A stretch of DNA of 64,000 nucleotides, from NCBI GenBank assembly GCA_025655555.1, contig JAHXIQ010000007.1, forward strand, positions 83,010 through 147,009, read 5' to 3'. A model generated the notes under the pieces. That model saw only the letters and a program-made list of their open reading frames with translations, was not told the origin of the DNA and made no database searches. The DNA is from Candidatus Thiodiazotropha sp. (ex Myrtea sp. 'scaly one' KF741663) (GTDB taxonomy: Bacteria > Pseudomonadota > Gammaproteobacteria > Chromatiales > Chromatiaceae). The translations under genes were made by a program, and so were the position numbers. Of this stretch, positions 50,364-58,793 are shown one piece after another (within the stretch, counting starts at the first letter, position 1; each line of letters starts with the position of its first letter).

Positions 50364-50886
50364 AAGATGCCAATGGGTGCTGCTGCTGACAGCCTGGCTG
50401 GTGTTCCCTGTTCTGGCTGATTTACCACCACTTACACATGGTTTGACTCCTATCGCCGAGCCGGCTGATTCCCCCACGCTACGGCTAACCTCCATGGATG
50501 ACGAGATCGTCGATCTGGCGTCGCTGCGTGGTCAGGTAGTCGTGGTCAACTTCTGGGCAACCTGGTGTCCTCCCTGTCGTCGTGAGATGCCTTCATTAGA
50601 GCATCTCTATCAGCAGGTCGGTGATAAAGGCGTGACCGTGCTTGCGGTCAATGTGGGAGAGGATGAGGACACTGTGTTTCCCTTCCTCGGCACCGTCGAG
50701 CCTTCGCCGACCTTTCCCATCCTGTTTGATACCGATTCGAGTGTCTTGACCCAGTGGCGTGTCAGAGGGTTACCGACAACCTTTGTTGTGGGTCCCAATG
50801 GAAAACTGGCCTATCAGGCTGTCGGTGGCAGAGAGTTCAACCATCCTGACTTGATAGACCAGCTGTTGCAGCTGTTGGAAAAGTAG
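50344..50886 (+). CDS. TlpA-family periplasmic thiol:disulfide oxidoreductase
   Basis: A signal peptide is present. VVVNFWATWCPPCRREMP is a thioredoxin fold with a CxxC motif. Confidence 0.85.
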   Translation: MFVVQNRRCQWVLLLTAWLVFPVLADLPPLTHGLTPIAEPADSPTLRLTSMDDEIVDLASLRGQVVVVNFWATWCPPCRREMPSLEHLYQQVGDKGVTVLAVNVGEDEDTVFPFLGTVEPSPTFPILFDTDSSVLTQWRVRGLPTTFVVGPNGKLAYQAVGGREFNHPDLIDQLLQLLEK

Positions 50887-50897
50887 CAGCACTATCA

Positions 50898-51641
50898 TCA
50901 GTGATACTTTTCCGTGGTGAAGTGGCCCGGCTCCTTCTTGCGGTGTTTTCGCATACCTCTGGATTCCAACGCTTCAGACACTTCGCGGATCATACCCATG
51001 TTGCCGCATAGCATGACGTGTGAGTTGTCGGCTGTGAGCTTGAGCCCCGCCTGCCGTTCCAGCCGGCCATCCTCTAGGGTGGCGAGAATGCGTCCGTGCA
51101 GTGCCCCGTCTGATTCTTCGCGGCTGGTAATGGGGAGATAGTGGAAATGATCCCCGTAGGTTGCCTGCAGGGCGGCGATCTCCTCGTTATAACTAAGTTG
51201 GTCACGGGTACGGACATTATGTACCAGTACCAAACGGTGGAATCGCTGCCAGGCTTTTTCGGTCCGTAAGATAGAAAGGTAGACACCGAGGGCGGTACCG
51301 GTGGCTATCATCCAGAGATTCTCGCTGTCCGGTAGCTGATCGAGTGTGAAGAAACCATTCGGCCTGGCGGTGACCCAGAGATTGTCTCCCGGCTGTAGGG
51401 CTGCGAGCCGGGGGCTCAATGGGCCTTCCAAGACTTCGTTGAAGTAGACTTCGAGTAGTGCGTCATGAGGTGGGTTGACGAAGGAGTAGGGGCGCGCCAC
51501 ACGTTCTCCATCAATCTCCAGGGCGAGTCGGGTGAACTGGCCAGCACTGAACGGCTCCACCGGCGCTTGGAAGCGCAGAGAGTAGAGACCATCGCTCCAG
51601 TGCCGTTTTTCCACTACCGTGGCTTCTATCCACTGCTCCAT
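50898..51641 (-). CDS. fpr: Ferredoxin--NADP(+) reductase (Fpr type)
   Basis: I trimmed the ORF to ATG 51641, which has GAGGAGG upstream. FSAGQFTRLALEIDGERVARPYSFVN, LWMIATGTALGVYLSIL and HVMLCGN...EKYH parallel E. coli Fpr. Confidence 0.93.
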   Translation of the reverse strand: MEQWIEATVVEKRHWSDGLYSLRFQAPVEPFSAGQFTRLALEIDGERVARPYSFVNPPHDALLEVYFNEVLEGPLSPRLAALQPGDNLWVTARPNGFFTLDQLPDSENLWMIATGTALGVYLSILRTEKAWQRFHRLVLVHNVRTRDQLSYNEEIAALQATYGDHFHYLPITSREESDGALHGRILATLEDGRLERQAGLKLTADNSHVMLCGNMGMIREVSEALESRGMRKHRKKEPGHFTTEKYH

Positions 51642-51810
51642 CTGTCTCCTCCTCAAAAACGTGTCGCGAAACATGAAAAGAGCATGCTCCGCTTAAAAGA
51701 GTATGGGTGATTGTAAGCCGGTGTTCGTGCGATTTACGGTGTATTTATTGTGGTTACTGCGGCTATTGAGTGGAAAAGATGGGAAGATGATCTCCCTGAA
51801 AGAGAGGCAA

Positions 51811-51835
51811 GAAAAAGCCCCCAATGATGGAGGCT
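51811..51835 (-). terminator. Probable terminator downstream of the FN3 lipoprotein gene
   Basis: On the minus strand, an imperfect hairpin AGCCTCC-atcatt-GGGGGCT is followed by TTTTTCTT. Confidence 0.45.
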
Positions 51836-51895
51836 TGTTAATCAGCACCTGGGCATCAGGTGCCGTCTTTGCCGTCCCTGGGCCTGGATGCTTAC

Positions 51896-52267
51896 TTACA
51901 CATCCTTGTTGACCACATTGGAGTATCCACTCTCCACACCATCTGCATCATAGGCAGTGACGGCAAAGTAGTAGCTGCCGGATGGGAGAGTATCGATGGA
52001 GAACTCGGTGATACTGTCATCGTTCAAGTCGACCAGCATGTTGAGATTGTCCGAGGAGGTGCCGTAATAGATCCTGTAACCCTGTAGCTCTGTGAGCGGC
52101 AGATAGCTGCCATCAGTACGGGTAGCGGGTGCGGCCCAGGAGAGTGTCTTTTCTGATGGAACCGTTGTGTCACGGTTGTCACTGGTGCTGCCGGTGGAGC
52201 TACCGCCACAAGCGGATAGGACGAGACTTGTGAGGATGACCAGTATGAGAGTGCTGATTTTTTTCAT
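51896..52267 (-). CDS. Small lipoprotein with a fibronectin type III-like domain
   Basis: The lipobox is LVLSAC. The text LSWAAP.....GY.IYYGTSS......VDL.......FSIDTLPSGSYYFAVTAYDADGVES is FN3-like. Confidence 0.75.
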   Translation of the reverse strand: MKKISTLILVILTSLVLSACGGSSTGSTSDNRDTTVPSEKTLSWAAPATRTDGSYLPLTELQGYRIYYGTSSDNLNMLVDLNDDSITEFSIDTLPSGSYYFAVTAYDADGVESGYSNVVNKDV

Positions 52268-52685
52268 GATTGCTTGCCTGAAAGCGCCTCCTGTTATCTT
52301 CTCTGGCGGCGGTCAGGGCAAAACCTTCAGGTACTGGTTCACACTTTGTATGGGGGATTAATTCCTGATTGGTATTTTTGGGATAAATATCATCAACTCA
52401 TTGTATTTAAACGATAAAAAAATTCTGATGAACTTTAGAGTGCTAGGTTTTTTAAAGAGGGATATCAGTGATCATGACTGCATTTTCAGCAAGTAATGAA
52501 AGTATTGTTGTGAAAACAAATCTGCCTGGAAGATTCAACAGAGTTGCCTGATGGGCCGGGATGCAGTCATAGCAGGAATGAAATCAAATAGAAAACAAAT
52601 AGTTAATATGGCTTGATAACTTGAAATCTCTCATCAATAGGAGGATTATTGCCTTCAATTTCTCCACCGGAGCGGGCTCCGTGCG

Positions 52686-53390
52686 ATGAAAAAACTTTTA
52701 ATCCTCAACAGCAAGGGAGGCTGTGGGAAGACAACAATTGCGACGAACCTGGCAGGCTACTACGCCTCCTCAGGTACGCATACCGCATTGATAGATCAGG
52801 ATCCCCAGGGTTCCAGCAGACGCTGGTTGGAACTTCGTCCGGAACGTTTCTCAGACATTCATGGTGTGTTTGCGGGTAAACCCACCCAAGCCGGTGTGAC
52901 CCGTGCTTTCGCCATGCGCGTGCCCGGTGAAACCCAACGCATCGTGATCGATACACCTGCCTCCATGAAGCGTCTGGATATGATGGATCTGTTGAGATCC
53001 GCATCCGCCGTCATCGTACCTTTACTGCCTTCTGCCATTGACCGCCATGTCACGCTGGACTTTCTCAAAGAGTTGACAACCCTGTGTCGCCAGATGGGAC
53101 TGGATATTCCCATGGGCATCGTGGCCAATCGCGTGCGTCTTAATACACGCTCTTTCAAGCATCTCAAAGAGATACTGGAGCATGTCGAGATTCCATTGGT
53201 TGCTTATCTCAGAGATACCCAAGGTTATGTTCATGCAGCGGAAGAGGGCTGTTCTATTGTTGAACTGAAAGACCCGGCGATGAAGAAAGAGATGATGCAA
53301 TGGAGTGCGCTGATCTACTGGTTGGAGACCGGTAAAATCCCCCCTCATGTCCAGCAGAGAGAACCCGCGCCAGTCAAGCTGCAGGCTTGA
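52686..53390 (+). CDS. ParA/MinD-family P-loop ATPase (orphan)
   Basis: MKKLLILNSKGGCGKTTIATNLA is a deviant Walker A, KGGxxK[ST]. DQDPQGSS and IDTPAS are present. Confidence 0.88.
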   Translation: MKKLLILNSKGGCGKTTIATNLAGYYASSGTHTALIDQDPQGSSRRWLELRPERFSDIHGVFAGKPTQAGVTRAFAMRVPGETQRIVIDTPASMKRLDMMDLLRSASAVIVPLLPSAIDRHVTLDFLKELTTLCRQMGLDIPMGIVANRVRLNTRSFKHLKEILEHVEIPLVAYLRDTQGYVHAAEEGCSIVELKDPAMKKEMMQWSALIYWLETGKIPPHVQQREPAPVKLQA

Positions 53391-53599
53391 GGCAGCTAGA
53401 TGTAAATGTCTCTTGGTGCAGAGACGGATCCTGATTGCCTGATATCCTGTGTCAGCAATATCAATACTATTAACAATCTGCACAGGAATGGTGCTACAAG
53501 GGATATCCAAGCCAGGAACGGTAAGAATAGTGGGTCCCTAAATAATGTGAGAGAATTGAGCGGGTACAATGACAGTTAGTCGGCCACCCCTAATCTACC

Positions 53600-56500
53600 G
53601 TGTTTTCTCTAAATACTAATAATATATGCTTCATAGTATTGCTGGCTGTCTCGTCGATGTTGTGCGCTTCACAGGCTGTTGCGTCAGGCTCGTTGAAGAT
53701 TTTAATCGTACACGCCTACAGCCAGGAGTATCCCTGGACCAAGGGGCAACATCAGGGCTTTGTCGACAAACTTAACCAGGAGGCAGCATTACAAATCACC
53801 ATAAAAACTGAGTATCTGGATACTAAACGCATACAGTATGAGCAGAATTATGCAGATCGTTTTGCCGCCTACCTGAATCAAAAATATCATCAGTTCGAGC
53901 CAGATGCCATATATGTCACCGATGACAACGGCTTAAGTTTTGGCCTCGATAAACTCTCCAGACTATTTCCTAACGCGCCATTACTTTTCTCCGGAGTTAA
54001 CGACTACTCTATCCAGTCGAGATTGGATAAGAACAGCGTGACAGGTGTTTTCGAAAAAAAGGAAATTGGGCCCAACCTGGATTTACTACAACAAATGTTT
54101 GGCGATGTGCAGCATATTGTTGTGATTGGTGATGATTCCAATACTTATCATGCCATCGAGCGAGAAATTAGAGAGGAGATGGCGACACGGGAACAAATGA
54201 GGATTACCTATCTGTCTGATAGTCGACTGGATGTCCTTTTGGGTCGTCTAAATCATTTCGATAATCCTATTGTTCTACTAACTACTTTGGGTGCAGTAAA
54301 GGATAGTAAAGGCGAGATACTCAATCTTGATCAGACGATCGGTCAGATAGTTTCAGCCGGTGTTAAAGTCGCAATTAGTATGGAAGACGCTTATCTGTTT
54401 GATGGTGTATTGGGCGGCTATGTCACAAGCGGATCTGCTCAGGGGTATAGTGCGGCATCACTGTTGCTTTCTTATATAAACGGTCAATCCATCAACTCGA
54501 TTGCTCCTGTTGTCGATAGTCCTAACGAATATATTATTGATAACAGAGTGGTGCAATCCCTTAAGTTGGATATACCCGCGGATATCCGAAATATTGCGAA
54601 GATCCTTCATCCTGGCGTAAGCTTTTACCAGGGTAACCGAAACGCAATACTGTCAATTCTTTTTTTTCTTTCTCTCGCCTTGGTTGCAACGCTGATTTTG
54701 TACAGCCTGGTTACTTCACGCAAGAATCGAGAACTGAGACTACAATCGACCCGACTGCAGCGTCAGGGACTAATGCTTCAAGAAAGCGAAGAGAAATATC
54801 GTTTGTTATTTGAGCTTTCTGACGATCCAATGCTTGTTATCCAGGGTGACAGTTTTGCCCTCGCAAATGAAGCTGCAGTAAGAATCCTGGGATATGACAA
54901 GGCAGATGACCTGCAGAAATTGCATCCGTCGAGGTTGTCGCCAGAGAGGCAGCCTGATGGTGAGCTGTCAAAAAATAAAGCTGATGTAATGATGGCTCAG
55001 GCCCACACAGATGGGTACCATCGATTCGAATGGCAACACATCAAAAAAGACGGTATGCCGCTTCTTATAGAGGTATCGCTAACACGGATACCTTATGAAG
55101 GTGGAAATGCACTTTTTTGCGTATGGCATGATATAACTGAATGGCGCCATGCCGAGTGGGGATTGCGTGAAAAAACAGCCTATCTTAATAGCGTTCTCAG
55201 CGCATCGGTCAAAATCGGTTACATAGCTACTGATAATGACCTTAACATTACTTACTATAATCAAACTGCTGTACAGATATTTGGTATGAAACCAGATGAG
55301 CTGCAAGGGAAAGATATTCATTTCTTTCATGGAGGGAATAGAAGTGTGGCTGATGATCGTATGGTCAAGGCATTAGAGTTGGCCGAGAAGGAGGGAGAGT
55401 TTCGTTTTTCTATAAAGCGAGATGTGGATAGTAATACTCAATATATTGACGCAAGAATTTCGCCTATCTTAGATGAATCTCGTGTATTAAACGGTTTCAT
55501 GCTGATGGTTGAAGATGTAACTAAACAGCATGCTGATGAAGAGCTAATAAAATTCCAGGCGACTAACGACATCCTGACTAGTTTGCCAAATCGTCGAACC
55601 CTGGTGGATCGCTTATCCCGGACTATTTCGCGCTGCTTGCGTCATAAACAGTTAGGGACTGTAATCTTCATTGATTTGGATCACTTTAAATATACTAATG
55701 ATACATTGGGCCACACTATCGGTGACAACTTGCTACAGCAGGTGGCCACTCGTATGCAGGAATCGGTGCGTAGTGAAGATACCGTGGCACGCCTTGGTGG
55801 AGATGAGTTTGTCATTCTGCTATCGGATATCACTGGCAATCTAGAGTCAGCAATTAACGATGCAAGATTGATTGCTGACAATTTACTACAAGCCATTGCA
55901 GTACCTTACAGTATTGAAAAGCATGAAATACGAATTAGTGCCAGCATAGGTATTACTATTTTTCCGTCCAATAATGAATCCGCTGATGATGTTTTGCGTA
56001 AAGCAGATACCGCGATGTACCAAGCAAAAGATGCTGGCCGCAATACAATCAAATTTTTCTCGCAAAAAATGCAGCAGAAAGTGGAAGCGCGGTTGCGGTT
56101 GTTAGATCAGTTACATCAGGCAGTCGAAAATAGAGAATTTATGGTCTATTTTCAACCGCAAATTAATAGTCGAAATCAGTTGGTTGGTGCAGAATCTTTG
56201 GTGCGCTGGCACAAGCAGGACAATACTGTAGTGTTACCAGACAGATTTATCACGCTGGCTGAAGAGAGTGGTCTGATAGACCCAATCAGCGAGTTTGTAC
56301 TGCGTGAGTCGTTACGTGCTCAGGTAAAATGGGCAGAAGAACAGACTTGGGATCACACGCCGCGTGTATCCATAAACGTCAGTGCTATACAATTCCGCCA
56401 AAAAGACTTTGTTGATACGATCAAGCGAGCTGTAAAAGAAATTGGTAGTGCCCCAGAAAAATTGACGCTGGAAGTCACAGAGAGCATGCTCATCGGTAAT

Positions 56501-56857
56501 GTCACCGAAACAGTAGAGAAGATGCAGCAGCTCAAAGAGTTGGGGGTTAGATTCTCTATTGACGATTTTGGTACTGGCTATTCATCATTGGCCTATCTCA
56601 AACAATTGCCCATCAGTGAGATTAAGATTGATCGCTCTTTTGTCCAGGATATACTTACTGATCCGAATGATGCAGCATTAGTAAATACTATTCTTAATCT
56701 TGCCAAACAGTTGCATCTTGAAGTTGTTGCAGAAGGTGTGGAGTCACAAGAAATTCGTAATACGCTTTTAGCGTATGGGTGTACCGTTTTTCAGGGTTAT
56801 TATTTCAGTAAGCCGGTACCATTGACGCAATTCGAACGAGAGTATCTTACTGGTTAA
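53600..56857 (+). CDS. Membrane sensor: periplasmic ABC-substrate-binding-like domain, TM, two PAS, GGDEF and EAL domains
   Basis: 1085 aa with a GTG start. A signal/TM segment precedes LKILIVHAYSQEYPWTKGQHQGF (ABC_sub_bind-type). A second TM segment is ILSILFFLSLALVATLILYSLV. The PAS texts are followed by an intact GGDEF (ARLGGDEFVILL). The EAL domain has ESLVRW, EVTES, DDFGTGYSSL, KIDRSF, AEGVE and QGYYF. Confidence 0.9.
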   Translation: MFSLNTNNICFIVLLAVSSMLCASQAVASGSLKILIVHAYSQEYPWTKGQHQGFVDKLNQEAALQITIKTEYLDTKRIQYEQNYADRFAAYLNQKYHQFEPDAIYVTDDNGLSFGLDKLSRLFPNAPLLFSGVNDYSIQSRLDKNSVTGVFEKKEIGPNLDLLQQMFGDVQHIVVIGDDSNTYHAIEREIREEMATREQMRITYLSDSRLDVLLGRLNHFDNPIVLLTTLGAVKDSKGEILNLDQTIGQIVSAGVKVAISMEDAYLFDGVLGGYVTSGSAQGYSAASLLLSYINGQSINSIAPVVDSPNEYIIDNRVVQSLKLDIPADIRNIAKILHPGVSFYQGNRNAILSILFFLSLALVATLILYSLVTSRKNRELRLQSTRLQRQGLMLQESEEKYRLLFELSDDPMLVIQGDSFALANEAAVRILGYDKADDLQKLHPSRLSPERQPDGELSKNKADVMMAQAHTDGYHRFEWQHIKKDGMPLLIEVSLTRIPYEGGNALFCVWHDITEWRHAEWGLREKTAYLNSVLSASVKIGYIATDNDLNITYYNQTAVQIFGMKPDELQGKDIHFFHGGNRSVADDRMVKALELAEKEGEFRFSIKRDVDSNTQYIDARISPILDESRVLNGFMLMVEDVTKQHADEELIKFQATNDILTSLPNRRTLVDRLSRTISRCLRHKQLGTVIFIDLDHFKYTNDTLGHTIGDNLLQQVATRMQESVRSEDTVARLGGDEFVILLSDITGNLESAINDARLIADNLLQAIAVPYSIEKHEIRISASIGITIFPSNNESADDVLRKADTAMYQAKDAGRNTIKFFSQKMQQKVEARLRLLDQLHQAVENREFMVYFQPQINSRNQLVGAESLVRWHKQDNTVVLPDRFITLAEESGLIDPISEFVLRESLRAQVKWAEEQTWDHTPRVSINVSAIQFRQKDFVDTIKRAVKEIGSAPEKLTLEVTESMLIGNVTETVEKMQQLKELGVRFSIDDFGTGYSSLAYLKQLPISEIKIDRSFVQDILTDPNDAALVNTILNLAKQLHLEVVAEGVESQEIRNTLLAYGCTVFQGYYFSKPVPLTQFEREYLTG

Positions 56858-56981
56858 CTGCCAGCTAAATAGTTGGTCCATGCTTTCGCTGTAGGCTTGG
56901 GGTGACTCATATTCACTAAGGTATTGTGAGAGAGATTTCCTATTGACAGGATGATCAGCGCCGCAAGATGTAATACCAAGG

Positions 56982-57569
56982 CTAGCGGGATCGGGGGAGT
57001 GTCTCCAGCATGTCTTTAACGATCCTGGCTATCCGTTTTTGACGGCTCTCTTTTTCCGCATCGAAGTCGACAGCTGCCTGAGTCGCACAGCGCCAGACAA
57101 CCGTACGTTGGGGATCTACCAGATAGATGATCAACGACCCCCGCTCGAAGCGCGACTGGTTGGAATGGATGGCAGGGTAACCGGGCAGAAGACCAAAGCG
57201 CGACAGGATATCCTGATCGGTCAGGTCTATTTCCAGCGCGGCGGTATAGGCGATCTGGTATCTGGCATCATCTTTCGGGGCTATAAATTCAAAGCCCAAC
57301 GACACCAGCGTACTTTCGATACTGGTATCAATCATCTCTTTGATATTTGTATTCTTCAGGCGATCATCCGAGTGGATCTCCCGTCCGTTCTCAAGCCAGG
57401 TGAATGTTGTGTCATCAGAAAGATGCAGTTCAGGACTGGCCACGGAAACAGAACTGGTCATACGCAAGGGATCGGGTTTGCTCGGTAGTCTATCGCCTGC
57501 TGCAGGTAAAGAGCCCATCATCGCGGTGAGTATGAGAAATAGCTTGGTCCTGGACATCGGTCGACTCAC
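56982..57569 (-). CDS. Exported protein, DUF4136-like
   Basis: The N-terminus is signal-like. The C-terminal text GSLIIYLVDPQRTVVWRCATQAAVD.....RIARIVKDMLETLP resembles DUF4136. There is no Cys lipobox. Confidence 0.6.
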   Translation of the reverse strand: MSRPMSRTKLFLILTAMMGSLPAAGDRLPSKPDPLRMTSSVSVASPELHLSDDTTFTWLENGREIHSDDRLKNTNIKEMIDTSIESTLVSLGFEFIAPKDDARYQIAYTAALEIDLTDQDILSRFGLLPGYPAIHSNQSRFERGSLIIYLVDPQRTVVWRCATQAAVDFDAEKESRQKRIARIVKDMLETLPRSR

Positions 57570-58311
57570 TTTATTTGAGAAATGCAGATTGGAGATCCTA
57601 GCAGGATAACATTAGAAGAAACCCTTCAGATACAGAGAAAACCACAGATAAAGAATCATGTTGTTCTCTATCTCGGTCCATTTAGCAGGAAGGTGAGAGT
57701 CCTCCAGAAGAGAGGAATATGCTGGATATCAATGAGATGCTGACAGCTACAAGCAACGGGATACTCATCAGCCTCAAAGAACAATGCGCTGCGGTTCGAG
57801 AAATCACACTGAGTATCATTCTTGGACAACTTGAGACTCGTGGGATGCTCCATGAGGCATAAGTGCTTAGTTAGGATGTGGTAGATGAGATCATCGACAA
57901 CTTGATGGAGCGATGTTTGAGTGCCTGTTGTTCTGGGAGGTCGCAGTTATTAAGCCAAATGGCGTCACATCAGGAGAGGTATGTGGTCTGATGCGTGATC
58001 TACATGGGGCAGACTGAAGTGATTTAACATGGTTGCAGTATCGATAGTGATTCATATCCGATCAGACAGCCGGTGAAATGTGAATTCCACTTCTTTCAAA
58101 CAGGCACAATGGTATAGCGGCAGACTGAAATCCGTCCACAATCAGTACGCCTGCCGGTATGACGTTCGGGCATTACCTTCAGAAAGGATCTGAACCTTCC
58201 TTAACGAAGGAGGCCATTCGAATAAGACGAACTAAACAGAGCACAGACCAGGGTTCATGCGGCGAAAAACCGTGGTCCGCCCTTTCTTTCGAACGGGAAA
58301 CTGAGCGAGTT

Positions 58312-58446
58312 TCAGGCTTGGGCTCTCTTTTGGAAGAAAGCTCGTGCTTGACCTATGGCCACTCCGAGGACGGTGGCGACACTTAAAGCAGCGACAGCAA
58401 AAATGAATACTGCTGATGCCATGATCAAGATGGGTGCTACATTCAT
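58312..58446 (-). CDS. Possible 44-aa hydrophobic peptide
   Basis: ATG 58446 follows GGAGAT. The peptide is MNVAPILIMASAVFIFAVAALSVATVLGVAIGQARAFFQKRAQA, with one or two TM spans and a basic tail. I recognised no family. Confidence 0.3.
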   Translation of the reverse strand: MNVAPILIMASAVFIFAVAALSVATVLGVAIGQARAFFQKRAQA

Positions 58447-58613
58447 GATGATCTCCAACAGGCAATCTGAAATTGAAAACGTCTGCAATCTCGAGGCGAA
58501 TGTTAGCATATCATGAAATAATTGAAAGCCAGGTCAGGCATTAAGTTTATTTTGTGTGAAACAGGAATTATATTTTTATTGATCAGGATCAGTATTCACC
58601 TGCCTTACTCCCC

Positions 58614-58627
58614 TTGACATCGGTCAA
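58614..58627. promoter_or_regulatory. FNR/CRP-superfamily-type palindrome upstream of the multihaem cytochrome gene
   Basis: TTGACatcgGTCAA is a perfect 5-4-5 inverted repeat that fits the TTGA-N6-TCAA core. Its centre lies about 170 nt upstream of ATG 58794. Confidence 0.35.
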
Positions 58628-58793
58628 TGTCATGGAAGCGATGTTGACCAGAATAAACCCTGGAGGAGATACTCCGAACCGCAATGGAAAGTCGGTCCGT
58701 TTGGCACTGTTGTACCGTTTTGGCTCCGTTTGATGTATTTAACGTATAAGCCTCTTCGTAGCGTTTGTGCACTTAGTCCGCGAGGAAATAATA

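Larger units (their letters stand above)
52268..58793. other. A+T-rich segment (orphan ParA, large c-di-GMP sensor, DUF4136-like gene, 1.2-kb gene-poor stretch)
   Basis: A hand count gives 21/60 G+C for 55201-55260. The segment is visibly A+T-richer than flanking fpr and fccAB. I recognised no integrase, tRNA or flanking direct repeat. Confidence 0.6.

Noticed and set aside
57668-57853. 61-aa minus-strand ORF in the gene-poor stretch.
   Set aside because: There is no recognisable motif or ribosome-binding site. I kept it only as part of the gene-poor-region finding.
58159-58465. Overlapping 75-aa (+) and 77-aa (-) ORFs.
   Set aside because: They are mutually exclusive and have atypical composition. 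The 44-codon hydrophobic ORF is the only one with a start context, and even that has low confidence.
58702-58717. Sigma54-like -24 element: TGGCAC, then TGTTG, then TACC, upstream of the cytochrome gene.
   Set aside because: The -24 hexamer is perfect, but the -12 element lacks the essential GC (TACC rather than TTGC). No enhancer-binding protein gene is nearby.
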